Of a DNA stretch of 64,000 nucleotides, positions 27,578 to 37,600 are shown piece by piece (position 1 is the first letter of the stretch; the number at the start of each line of letters is the position of its first letter). The translations under genes and the position numbers were made by a program. This DNA is from an uncultured Desulfocicer sp. (GTDB lineage Bacteria > Desulfobacterota > Desulfobacteria > Desulfobacterales > Desulfobacteraceae). The notes beneath the pieces are model-generated. The model had not been told where the DNA came from and did no database searches. It worked only from the letters and a program-made list of their open reading frames with translations. The stretch spans positions 13,976 through 77,975 of the forward strand of contig CAYSSE010000001.1 in assembly GCA_964433355.1 (NCBI GenBank). Direction: 5' to 3'.

Positions 27578-30256
27578 TTACTCCTTATCTTCATCTTCGA
27601 TTCTCAACACTTTAAGACCCGCCATCCACAACAGTTTGGGAAAGTTCTTCACTGCATCACGGTCATAGCCTTTGATTTTATCACTGAGAAATTCAGATTT
27701 CCATGGGATCAGATAAGGAGTAATTTTGGCTTTCTTATCTTTTTTTTCCCCATAGCGCCAATTTGACTTTAGACGTTCAATATTCCATCGGCCATGTTCC
27801 ATTTCAGCCATTAATTCAATTTCTTTGTCAGTAAAATCGGGATCAAAAAAGTTTTCTCCATTTTTTGCAGACTCAATACGGAAGCCAGACATACGCAAAA
27901 TTTCCACAGAAAAGGAGACCTGTTCACAATTGGAATTTTTAAAATCCTCCCGAAGATCTGCCCAGGGCTGCACATCAGACTCTTTGGGAGGGGGTTCTTT
28001 CATCTTCTCTTGACAATAATTTTCATGAACACTCATGGCCATTTTTTTAATATGCTCAGAAGGAATCATGGGATTCGGGTTGGTGATAAAAATCTTTAGA
28101 CTCATCCTGTCTTCTGGAAGGGGCAGCAACGAAGGGGCAAGATTCCATTTTTTATCATTTAAAAGCACATCTGCTTCACGCCCACTATCCCTTACAATAC
28201 CAACCTGTACACCAAGAACAATTGCCAACCGGTATTCAAAAGATGAAATATCTCCGCCACCAAATCCCAAAAGCTTCACCTGTCGGGGATCGACATCTGA
28301 GGCGATCAGGTCTATCCACATTTGTAGAGGTTCAAGAGGACTGAAATCATGGCCTTGCGTATGGAAATGCCGATGATAACGGGTATCTATTCGTGCATGG
28401 GCAGGCAATTGAGGAATATAGGCAATGGTTTGAAAAGGATCAGGGGAACTAACTGGTTTGTTTTCCACGAGGTCACCAACCAGGAGTCCAATACCATTCA
28501 AAGTGCCTCCTGAAAAAACTATTCCTGAATAATGACGAAAAGCCTCGCGCAACATGGAGCCATACCGCTGCATGTTACTCTCTTCAGCAGTAGCACATGA
28601 TCCTGCAACAACTATCACAGGAGTCTGATAGCTTATTCCATTTGTTTTTAGTAAATTCAGGCTCCTGCGTGCTCTATCCTCGCGTTGGGTAGTCCCATCA
28701 TCTAGCTCAGCTTTAGGTGATTCAGATGCAATCTGTTTTTGATCCATACTCGGCAGGCAGACATTTCTTTGCTCCACATTCCGACACCCAACTTTTATGA
28801 ATATGGCAAGGGTCAATAACCTCAGTGCAGCATCGTAGCCAGGCAATTGAGACTTCAATTCTCCCAACCGATTATAAAAATCAAGTTCAGCTTTAAGTAA
28901 TTCATACTGGGCAGATCCCTTATCGCACAAACACAATTGCAACCCGTCAAGATAGGCATTTAGAGCGGCAGAAGGCATTTTAAGATACAGGTAAAATCTG
29001 CCAATGGTGAAACATGCATGGGGAATTTCTATATTGGCCTCAACATGTGCATTGCAGGTTTCTATAGCTTTGAGGATGGTGGGTCGCATAAGGGAAATGT
29101 GGAAGAGTGTGTTGTTGGAAAGTATTTCACTCTCCAGATAGGCTCCCAAGTAATAGGGATTTGAGGATTGCAACTCATAGGATTTGGCCAGATGTTCATG
29201 TACTCTCCCGATCTCCTCAGTCTGAAGGCCGTTTCGTAACGCCCAAGCCAGGCAAAAATGGGTCTGGGCATCCAATTTCTCAAGTTCACAGGCTTTTTCC
29301 AGTAAGTTTATCCCTCTTTGATACTCTTTACTGTAGGGGTTTTGTTTGTTTGCCCGGCAAAGTGCATAACCCAGCTCTCGCAATAGTTTAAAATCATTTT
29401 TTGACTCAAAGGGACTCAGTGCCGTTATCACCTCTGCCCACTGTTCGGCTGCTCTGCAAATAGCTGCTATACGCAGGGCATGGATTGATTTTAACTGCGG
29501 TTTGGGTTCTTTTTGAAGAATCAATTGCAATGTATCGATTTCAGTTTGGCGCTTATCAGCCGGTAAATAAGCTCCATGATTGGCGGCATAGGTATCAAGG
29601 CGATTGACAAAACGGGCAAAATTATGATCCGCTTCTTCGAGTGTGGCAGCAAGACGATTCATCTCTCGTTCCCATATTGCCGGGGGCTTAAACATATTTT
29701 TGTAAAGGCTATCATGGCTGATCCCTGCCCATGCGTGCTGAAGCATGGTTCTCACCTGAATTTCAGCTTTTAACCCATTGGAAATCAGCTCTTGAGGAAG
29801 CGTTATCCCCATAATCTCATAGTTTTTTTTTCCTGTCTTATCATCATCAGGGGTAGAAAGCTGAATGATGTAATGAAGAGAAAGATAACCAAATTCAGAT
29901 GCGCTGAGTGTTTTTCGCTTGTCTTCGCTGTTGGCCACATCAATGATAAAACTGTCACGGATAAATTCACTGATTCTGTCAACCTCCACCTGGGTCTGGG
30001 TGATCACCCTTGCACCGCACAGATCAGTGAACTGATGAACAGGATCATCATATTTTGCTGCTTTACGCACCGCTTTTTCCGCAAAGCTGGAAAGATCTTT
30101 GGCCCTGACCTGAATAATGGCAAGGGGAGCATAGATTTTACAGGCGGCTGTAAGGATTTTCTCCAGCACTCTTGCATATTTTTTGTAATATTCCCGTTTC
30201 TCTGTGTAAAGCTGAAGTTGCTCTTCATGCCAGTTGTGGTCTATCGATAATTTCAT
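27578..30256 (-). CDS. RelA/SpoT-type alarmone synthetase-TPR-SLOG-RyR multidomain protein
   Basis: Synthetase motifs RAK..SF..K, DLCGARV, GYLSLHY, AEIQVRT..QHAWA..SH; TPR helices; SLOG-like FSGGTLNGIG, GFGGG..S..E, SGREAD; two RyR repeats VHENY..PWADL and AEMEHGRW..WRYG..LIPW..YDR. Confidence 0.85.
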   Translation of the reverse strand: MKLSIDHNWHEEQLQLYTEKREYYKKYARVLEKILTAACKIYAPLAIIQVRAKDLSSFAEKAVRKAAKYDDPVHQFTDLCGARVITQTQVEVDRISEFIRDSFIIDVANSEDKRKTLSASEFGYLSLHYIIQLSTPDDDKTGKKNYEIMGITLPQELISNGLKAEIQVRTMLQHAWAGISHDSLYKNMFKPPAIWEREMNRLAATLEEADHNFARFVNRLDTYAANHGAYLPADKRQTEIDTLQLILQKEPKPQLKSIHALRIAAICRAAEQWAEVITALSPFESKNDFKLLRELGYALCRANKQNPYSKEYQRGINLLEKACELEKLDAQTHFCLAWALRNGLQTEEIGRVHEHLAKSYELQSSNPYYLGAYLESEILSNNTLFHISLMRPTILKAIETCNAHVEANIEIPHACFTIGRFYLYLKMPSAALNAYLDGLQLCLCDKGSAQYELLKAELDFYNRLGELKSQLPGYDAALRLLTLAIFIKVGCRNVEQRNVCLPSMDQKQIASESPKAELDDGTTQREDRARRSLNLLKTNGISYQTPVIVVAGSCATAEESNMQRYGSMLREAFRHYSGIVFSGGTLNGIGLLVGDLVENKPVSSPDPFQTIAYIPQLPAHARIDTRYHRHFHTQGHDFSPLEPLQMWIDLIASDVDPRQVKLLGFGGGDISSFEYRLAIVLGVQVGIVRDSGREADVLLNDKKWNLAPSLLPLPEDRMSLKIFITNPNPMIPSEHIKKMAMSVHENYCQEKMKEPPPKESDVQPWADLREDFKNSNCEQVSFSVEILRMSGFRIESAKNGENFFDPDFTDKEIELMAEMEHGRWNIERLKSNWRYGEKKDKKAKITPYLIPWKSEFLSDKIKGYDRDAVKNFPKLLWMAGLKVLRIEDEDKE

Positions 30257-30403
30257 ATTTTTTCCTTTTTATAATAACGGTTACATGACCTGATAATCAT
30301 AATTCATTGTTTTATACTCGATATTAAAGCTTTTTTTGCAACCATTATGAGCATTATAGTTGTGGGTGATGTTTTTTTGTGATTTAAAGCTATCAATAAA
30401 TCA

Positions 30404-30532
30404 GGGGTTGGTCATAAGATGGGCCACTATATGGGAACTGAATATATATTATTGTCAATTAGCTGTAATTACTGACTTTATTTTTAGTCCAAAAAAAATT
30501 ACTTCAAAGTGGCCCATGTTATGACCAAGCCC
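30404..30532. mobile_element. MITE family B, intact 129-bp copy
   Basis: Terminal inverted repeats GGGGTTGGTCATAAGATGGGCCACT / AGTGGCCCATGTTATGACCAAGCCC; perfect 8-bp duplication ATAAATCA (30396-30403, 30533-30540). Confidence 0.9.
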
Positions 30533-30606
30533 ATAAATCATAACTTATTTATATTAATTGTTAATTAAGAACGATGCCAATTTGCTACTTAAATTGGTGC
30601 ACCAAC

Positions 30607-30754
30607 GGGGTCAGGTTTTTGCTATTGGAGCCTGGGGCGTTTATCAAGCTCTATTTTTTTAACAACAGCTTGTGTTTAAAGACATATTCAAACAAAAGTG
30701 TCAATAACTCAAGCCTGAACCCTCCCCAAAGTGTCCCATGTTATGACCACCCCC
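30607..30754. repeat. REP/MITE-like inverted-repeat element followed by an isolated family B end
   Basis: GGGGTCAGGTTTTTGCTATTG (30607) pairs imperfectly with CAATAACTCAAGCCTGAACCC (30702-30722); 30729-30754 matches the family B terminus. Confidence 0.6.
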
Positions 30755-33700
30755 TGATTTTTGTTGCTCAGAATCAAATTTTACAATCTGGGGACGAATT
30801 GAAATTACTTTATTATAATTCTTGTTTTCAAGCTGGGAAGCGGATTCAAGATAAAGGCGATCAACCCGAAATTCTATAAAATCATTTATAATAACATACG
30901 GGTCATTCTGGGTCAGTTGATTGGATTCATCCGCTGCTGCAAGAGCAGATGCAACATTAACTACTTTTTCATAGGAAGTGGCATATTGAGAATCATTCTC
31001 GGTTGCCATATTTAATCCGTCAAGCTTGGAATAAATTACCTTAAGATCACTTTTTGCAACCGTATTAGCCGGATCAAGTCGACAAATTCCTTGAAGAAGT
31101 TGCAACGCTTTTTCATAAGCGTTTTGCGCATTCTGTGTGTTTCCAAGCCTCAGATATAGGTCTCCCGTTTTAATAAAGCTTACAGACAAATCTCTTTTTG
31201 CAGCAGTACTATCCGAATCAAGTCGATAAATTTCTTGACGATATTCCAAAGCCTTTTCATAAGCGTTTTTCGCGTTCTGTGTGTTCTGTGTGTTTCCAAG
31301 CTTCAGATACAGGTCTCCCATTTTGATAAAGCTTACAGACAGATCTTTTTTTGCAGACATACAACCCGGATCAATTTGGCAAATCTCTTGACTGATTTTT
31401 AAAGCTTTTTCATAAGCGTTTTGTGCGCTCTGTGTGTTTCCAAGCCTCAGATACAGGTCTCCCATTTTGATAAAGCTTACAGACAGATCTCTTTTTGCAG
31501 CAGTACTATCCGGATCAAGTTGGTAAATTTCTTGACGGTATTCCAAAGCCTTTTTATAAGCGTTTTGCACGTTCTGTGTGTTTCCAAGCCTCAGATATAG
31601 GTCTCCCATTTTGATAAAGCTTACAGATAGATCTCTTTTTGCAGCAGTAATATCCGGATCAATTCGGCAAATCTCTTGACTGATTTTTAAAGCTTTTTCA
31701 TAAGCGTTTTGCGCGCTCTGTGTGTTTCCAAGCCTCAGATACAGGTCTCCCATTTTGATAAAGCTTACAGATAGATCTCTTTTTGTAGGCGTATTATCCG
31801 GATCAAGTCGGAATATTTTTTGACTAATTTCCAAAGCCTTTTTATAAGCGGTTTGTGCGTTCTTAGTGTTTCCCAGCAGCAGCCACCGGTCTCCAATTTT
31901 AGACAGATTGGAGGCCTTTTCCCTTAGGGCTTCAGGCGTATTTGGATTCAAGGCAAATATTTCATCCAGCATCCGGACGTTTTCTTGCAAAATTTCTGAC
32001 AAGATTTTTATAATTCCTGGAACGTTGGCCAGCTTATCCGGCACATCATAGGTAAGCTTGTTAATTGCCTTTAATGCCAGTTTTTTCTGCTTTTCAGCCA
32101 AGTCACGCTGGGCAATTGCAACACCCCGTTGCTGCCAGGCCATAATACCACCTGAAAAAGCGAAAATTGTAAGTACCAAAAATACACTGGTAAGAATCTG
32201 GTATTGTCGGAGGCGTTTTTTTTTCTTTTTTTCTTGAAAATCGGCGGATTGGGTGATGTAATTTATTTGTTCAACTGTGAGCTCATCCTGCCACTTGATT
32301 TGCAGGGATTTTGCTTCTTCCAGGGCCATGCCTTCGGACAGTAAAAAATCCTTGGGGCACCCTTTTTCCATCCAGTGTCTCAAAGACTGATTAAGTCTGA
32401 TTCTTGCCTGAAGAAAATCCCTGGCATCCATAAGCCATTGATTGAGACGGGGCCAGGAGCGGATGAGAGCTTCGTGGGTAAGACGGATCACCACCTCATT
32501 GGCTTCGTTTTTATGGCTGATGAGTAGGCGGGCCTGGATAAAGAACTCCAGCACCAGTTTCATATCCAGCTCTTTTTCTCGAGATTGCTCAAAGTAATCT
32601 GAAATAATCACGGGTTTACTGGTAAATTCCTGTTCCTCACCCACCGTGGCCAGAGAGCGAAAGAGTTTGGGAACAATTTGTCGGGTGGGTTCGGGTAACT
32701 CATTATAAGTTTCTTCGGCCCGTTTACCCAAAGCGCCTTCCACCCCTCCCAGGGACTGGTAAAGTTTGAAGGTGAGCAATCCTTCCCGGGTACGATTTTC
32801 ATAAAGTTCTCTTAAGACATATTCTAAAAGTGGCAGGGCTTCGGGATGGTGAACTGCGTCATTTAAAATTAGTTGATCCAACCGTTCACCGGTTTCTGGG
32901 TTTTCCTCGAACTGAATCCCGGCAAGCCAGGCAGGCTGGGTTATGATACGGTGAATATGGGCTTGTTTGGGGGGCAGAAGATCATATTGTCCATGGCCTT
33001 CTTTCAATCTCATCAGGGTGGGGTAATCCTGAAGTCTGGCGTAAAAATCACTGCGCAAGGTAGCCAGAATACGTATTTCCTCGGTTCCTGACAGGGTTTC
33101 TATTGTTTGTATAAATTGAGCCACCGTTTTAGGAGTTAACTGGGTGTGGGTGAAAAGTTCCTCCATTTGGTCGATCAGTACCAGAAGGCGGGTTTTTTCT
33201 TGTTTACCTTCATCAATTTTTTGAAATATGGGTTTGATAGCCAAATTGTAGGCTACTTGGGGGTCGTTGTGTAATCCGGACGTCAAATCTTGAATATTTT
33301 GACCAGAAACAGCAAATTCCGGCAGAGCTGTGGATGTGGTCAGGGCATTTGCCAATCCCAGTAATAAATCTTCTGCATATTGCCCTGGTGTGAGAATGGC
33401 ATGCCGGTAAATCACCGGATCCGTTTCAAAATGGCGCAGGGCGGGAATGACCCCGGCCCGGGCCAGAGAAGATTTTCCGGAACCCGATGCGCCCACCAGC
33501 AGGACAAACGCATTACCCTTTCTGGCCTGGTAATCCAGGGCCACTTGAACATCACAAATTTCCTGTTCTCGCCCGAAAAAAATCTCCTCATGATCCACAT
33601 CAAAGGCTTCCAAACCCTGGTAAGGAGACCCTCTTTGGGAAATATCCCAACCCTGGGCCAGCATAGGAGAGCCTTTCAGTTGTTCATCCAGAACATTTTG

Positions 33701-34312
33701 CAGATGCACCCGTAAGCGATTGGCAAAGGTGGTGGGAGCGTCAAAATTGTGAAAAGCCCGGATGTTGGTACCACTCTCTTCATCATAAAAGTTTTCCTGG
33801 ATGAAGTACTCCACCAGCTCCCGTTGCTCTACCATCTGTTTTAAATCTCTGGTGGATTTACCGCGCTGGTTCAGGTGAAAACCCTCATCATCATTGCGGA
33901 AATAAGCCAGAATTTCCGGCAACCCTGCTTCATTCTTTTCAAGGGATACTTCCCGCGCCTGGAGCATGAGGTCGAATTCCCGTTCAGTGCCCGAGCGATA
34001 TGGACTGCCATCTTCTCTTGTAATCTGTGTTCCCAGAGGAGAGCCTAATCGAGACCAGAGAACAAACACCGCAATGTCAACCCCTCCATCCCGGGAGAGT
34101 ACTTTTTCAATCCCTTCCTGAAAAGAGATGTCTGCACCCAAAAAAAGATCTTCCCACAATATGGTTACCAGCTCCAGGTGCCCCAGGTACCGGCGCTGCA
34201 AACGGCGCACCACGTCCCGGGCCTTGTTGCGCTCTTCTGTCACATCACCCGGAGAAGATATGAAAATTCGAATGGTCTTTATTGTCTTTTCATTGATGCA
34301 GTCTGAGTTCAT
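30701..34312 (-). CDS. DUF4062/TIR-like-nSTAND1 NTPase-TM-TPR receptor
   Basis: IRIFISSPGDV..ER, WSRLGS, SGTEREF; SPYQGLEAF..FFGRE, GASGSGKSSL, LIDQMEELF, LPLLEYVL, THEALIRSWPRL; one TM helix; TPR array. Start set at ATG 34312 with GGGAG RBS. Confidence 0.9.
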   Translation of the reverse strand: MNSDCINEKTIKTIRIFISSPGDVTEERNKARDVVRRLQRRYLGHLELVTILWEDLFLGADISFQEGIEKVLSRDGGVDIAVFVLWSRLGSPLGTQITREDGSPYRSGTEREFDLMLQAREVSLEKNEAGLPEILAYFRNDDEGFHLNQRGKSTRDLKQMVEQRELVEYFIQENFYDEESGTNIRAFHNFDAPTTFANRLRVHLQNVLDEQLKGSPMLAQGWDISQRGSPYQGLEAFDVDHEEIFFGREQEICDVQVALDYQARKGNAFVLLVGASGSGKSSLARAGVIPALRHFETDPVIYRHAILTPGQYAEDLLLGLANALTTSTALPEFAVSGQNIQDLTSGLHNDPQVAYNLAIKPIFQKIDEGKQEKTRLLVLIDQMEELFTHTQLTPKTVAQFIQTIETLSGTEEIRILATLRSDFYARLQDYPTLMRLKEGHGQYDLLPPKQAHIHRIITQPAWLAGIQFEENPETGERLDQLILNDAVHHPEALPLLEYVLRELYENRTREGLLTFKLYQSLGGVEGALGKRAEETYNELPEPTRQIVPKLFRSLATVGEEQEFTSKPVIISDYFEQSREKELDMKLVLEFFIQARLLISHKNEANEVVIRLTHEALIRSWPRLNQWLMDARDFLQARIRLNQSLRHWMEKGCPKDFLLSEGMALEEAKSLQIKWQDELTVEQINYITQSADFQEKKKKKRLRQYQILTSVFLVLTIFAFSGGIMAWQQRGVAIAQRDLAEKQKKLALKAINKLTYDVPDKLANVPGIIKILSEILQENVRMLDEIFALNPNTPEALREKASNLSKIGDRWLLLGNTKNAQTAYKKALEISQKIFRLDPDNTPTKRDLSVSFIKMGDLYLRLGNTQSAQNAYEKALKISQEICRIDPDITAAKRDLSVSFIKMGDLYLRLGNTQNVQNAYKKALEYRQEIYQLDPDSTAAKRDLSVSFIKMGDLYLRLGNTQSAQNAYEKALKISQEICQIDPGCMSAKKDLSVSFIKMGDLYLKLGNTQNTQNAKNAYEKALEYRQEIYRLDSDSTAAKRDLSVSFIKTGDLYLRLGNTQNAQNAYEKALQLLQGICRLDPANTVAKSDLKVIYSKLDGLNMATENDSQYATSYEKVVNVASALAAADESNQLTQNDPYVIINDFIEFRVDRLYLESASQLENKNYNKVISIRPQIVKFDSEQQKSGGGHNMGHFGEGSGLSY
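31050..31910 (-). repeat. Intragenic 144-bp tandem repeat (48-aa TPR units)
   Basis: Marker TTCCAAG at 31141, 31294, 31438, 31582, 31726 (spacings 153, 144, 144, 144) and a degenerate copy near 31870. Confidence 0.95.
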
Positions 34313-34605
34313 ATTATAGGCTCCCGAGCACACAAATTATTCTCCGGTTTTGAGAAAAATATGTTTCAGTAAAAAGGATTTTTTTCAGACGAGTATCCAG
34401 GTATATGTTTTTTGGATCTCGTCTGGTGATCCCTGGTAGAAGTGTCATCATGTTTTCAATAACAACAGCTTCTACCAAGGGATTATTTTGTACCCTTAGT
34501 ATCCGTTAGAAAATAAACCATGCAAAAGTTTTTGATGGAGACACCCCAGTGGGGCAACATATATTATATATAGATGGTTAATTTTCAAACAGACCCTTAC
34601 AGACA

Positions 34606-37600
34606 CTATTTATTTTGATTGGCTCGAATTTGCCCACGCCGCTCCACCGCCAGAGTGAATTCGGCCCAGTTGTTAATCCCCGTATCCATGGCATCATTAT
34701 AGTATTCAATTGCCTTTGGAAGATCCCCTTCAGCCTCTGCCTTAAGCCCTAATGCCGTTGACAGGGTCAACGTTTTTTCAGGACTGTTCGTGCTTTCCTG
34801 CTTCAGCTCTTTCTCGGTGGATTCTCCCAGCAGATAGCTGGCAATGTGCCGATACAATGGCGCATGAATCTGCTGCATATACGCTTTCAAAGCAGCTTCT
34901 GCTTCCTGTTTCTGGCCAAGAAGAGAGAGAAGCTGACATTTAAGCAGACCAATCCCCAGCATATTGGCGGATTCCCGGTTCGGAAAGGAGAGATATCTCT
35001 CTGCTTGATCAAGGGCTTTTTGCCAGAGTCCTTTATTTGTAAAATCAAAAATATCCATCAAAAGTGCCATGCGGGTTGAAGATGATGATGAGGAAGAAGA
35101 TAAGGACGATTTTTCCGGAGGCATGGCAAACTGCTCCAGGATTTTTCCAAGAAGTTCCTCCAAATCCTCATCTGTCTTTTCTCCACTCCTTTTTTTAAGT
35201 GACGAAGTTCTCAAACTTTCCGAAGAAGCAACTTTTGAAGCAATCATTTCCGCATGCACCAGAAACTGCAAAGCAGAATTCGGGGTCACGGAATCATTGG
35301 CCTTTTGAAGATAACGGACACGTTCTGCATTTCTTTCCTCTTTTTTTGTCAATGATGCCGCAGTCCAGTAAATAAATGCCTCATCATCAGGTGTATCTCC
35401 AACAACCAGAGCTTTCTCCAAGGGAATTTCACCTTCCAGCATTTGCACCAGGTATTTTAACAATTCTGAAAAATTCCACCATTCCAGGGAAAGAAGGTCA
35501 TCACGGAACGCCCTTTTTTCCCGAGAAATATTTGCCAGATAGTCAGCTCGGTAAAGAAGAAATTTGACAAATGCGTTTTCGGGTTCCAGGGTAAGATTCT
35601 TTTTCAAATGGTCAATACCCTGATCTGTCAATTCATCTCCTCTAACGGAAAGGATGCCCGACCAGAAAAAGAGATCTGGATGGGGACTTTCCTCGATAAG
35701 CTCTTGGATCATACGGGATGCTTTTTCCTGATTTCCGTCAAGGGCGGCTTTCTTTGCCTTGTCCAGCGTCCCTTCAAAAGCATAGGTGGGAATGCCTTTC
35801 CACTGGGGGTTTCCCTTTCGAACATTATCAAGTAAAATGCGGGCTTTTTGAATGGGAAAAATACGTCCCATGGAACTCTTGCCTTGGGGGGGGGCTTTGC
35901 CATCGGAAGGTTCAGCGAAAATCGCAGATGCAATACCAATGGCAAACCCATCCATATTGATGACTGGGCCACCACTATTACCTGGATGAATGTCTGCATT
36001 GGTGGTCAACGTATTCTCAAATACCCGGGTTATGGTGCCGTCCGTAACCCGGGATACAACTGTAGAACCCATAATACTCTTACTTCCGTGGGGAAACCCC
36101 ATGGCAAATACCGAAGTGCCTTTGCCAACCTTCTTCCCCTTCTCATCTGGCTGTAAAGGAATAGGTTCGGCATCTAAGGGAAGTGATGAAACCCTAAGAA
36201 CGGCAACATCATTTCCTAAACTATAAATTTTACCTATCAAATCAGAAGGTTTAGGCATGACACCCATGATTTCCACTTTTTTTTCTCCAGTGCCATCGCT
36301 TCGATATGATGTGGACAAGATAAAATGATCTTCAATGTTCTCACTCCCTAAGCCAGCAACCGTTCGAAAAGCCTCCTCACCATCGAACCAGAGATAAAGA
36401 TTGTATTTGAGTTTCAGCTTATCGGAAACGCCTTTTTCCCTGGCTTTTTCAAATATCTTTGCAAGCTTCTCATCCTCTTTCAGCCACGGACATACCACAT
36501 GCCGGTTGGTAAGAAGATAGCCATCGGAAGATACGAGAAAAGCAGTTCCGGTGGACGTCATGGAAGCAACCGTTTTTTCTTCATATTCAAGACGGTATTC
36601 CGTAAGAACAAAACCCACCGAATGTCTGTATCTTTCGGTCAACATGGTAATCCTCTCTTCGGGTAGCTTTCCTTCCATTGAAATCAACGCCCGGGAGAGT
36701 TTCTCTGCTATGGCCCCTTCAATGTAATTTTTTTCTCCCTGAATCTCTTTCCGTAGTTGATCAAGATATTCCTGGGAATGCTTGAGTTGTTCCTTTGTTT
36801 CTGCTTTAACCGTGTCAATCCCCATTTGTGTCTGCTGACGATTATAGAAGGTGAGAAAACCAAAAACTAACACTACGATACAAGCAGCAGCTCCAACTGA
36901 GTAGACAATGGACTTGCGTAATTTTTTCTTTTTGCTCGGGTCTTTTTCAAACTTGTTCCATTTTTGTATATCATCATCAGTGATGGAAGTCAGACTCTCT
37001 ATGACTTGATCCATGGAAGAGGTTCTCTTGTCCGGATCCTCCTGCACCATGGCACAGAGTAGACCGCTGAGTTTCCTGTGTAAGACAATGGGTTTGAAGT
37101 CATGAAAAATACCATCGACAAGTTTCTGACAATCATCGAAATCATTTGTTCCGACTAATAACTCCACCATCAATCGCCCCAGGGTCCATATATCACTTCT
37201 TTGATCAAGGGGGCGGTTGGAGGTGATATCTGGATGCTGGGCAATATGGTTCGTCAGGTTTGAGTCATTTTGAGAGGCATTAAAAATTGGGGAGAGTTTG
37301 TAATCCAATTTAACATTCCACTCTTCATCGTTTTCTTTGAAGAGCAAAAGATCATTCAACGTCAGTTGAGGAATAATTCTTCCGTTGTTATGAAGGTATT
37401 GCAGTGTTTTTGCAATATTTATGAAAAGCTGAATCCATTTTTTTTTGTTTCGGGGATCGCGAAAAAAACGAGAGGCAATCAAATCTCCCCAGGAAACGGT
37501 TTCGATCCATTCAGTTACGCGATACCATTGCCCAGTGTCAGATTGACACAACGCGATGTGTTGTACCATAAACTCATTGGAGAATGCGCTTATTTCGGAC

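Noticed and set aside
31050-31910. Regular repeats as a CRISPR array or DGR template
   Set aside because: Units are in-frame 144-bp coding repeats without unique spacers; no cas or reverse transcriptase gene in the window
34386-34425. Palindrome CAGACGAGTATCCA...TGGATCTCGTCTG
   Set aside because: Single copy with no adjacent U-tract in the direction of transcription; no function can be supported
35077-35112. Poly-serine tract in the protease receptor as a phase-variable repeat
   Set aside because: Mixed Ser codons in a triplet repeat; cannot frameshift and is likely a linker
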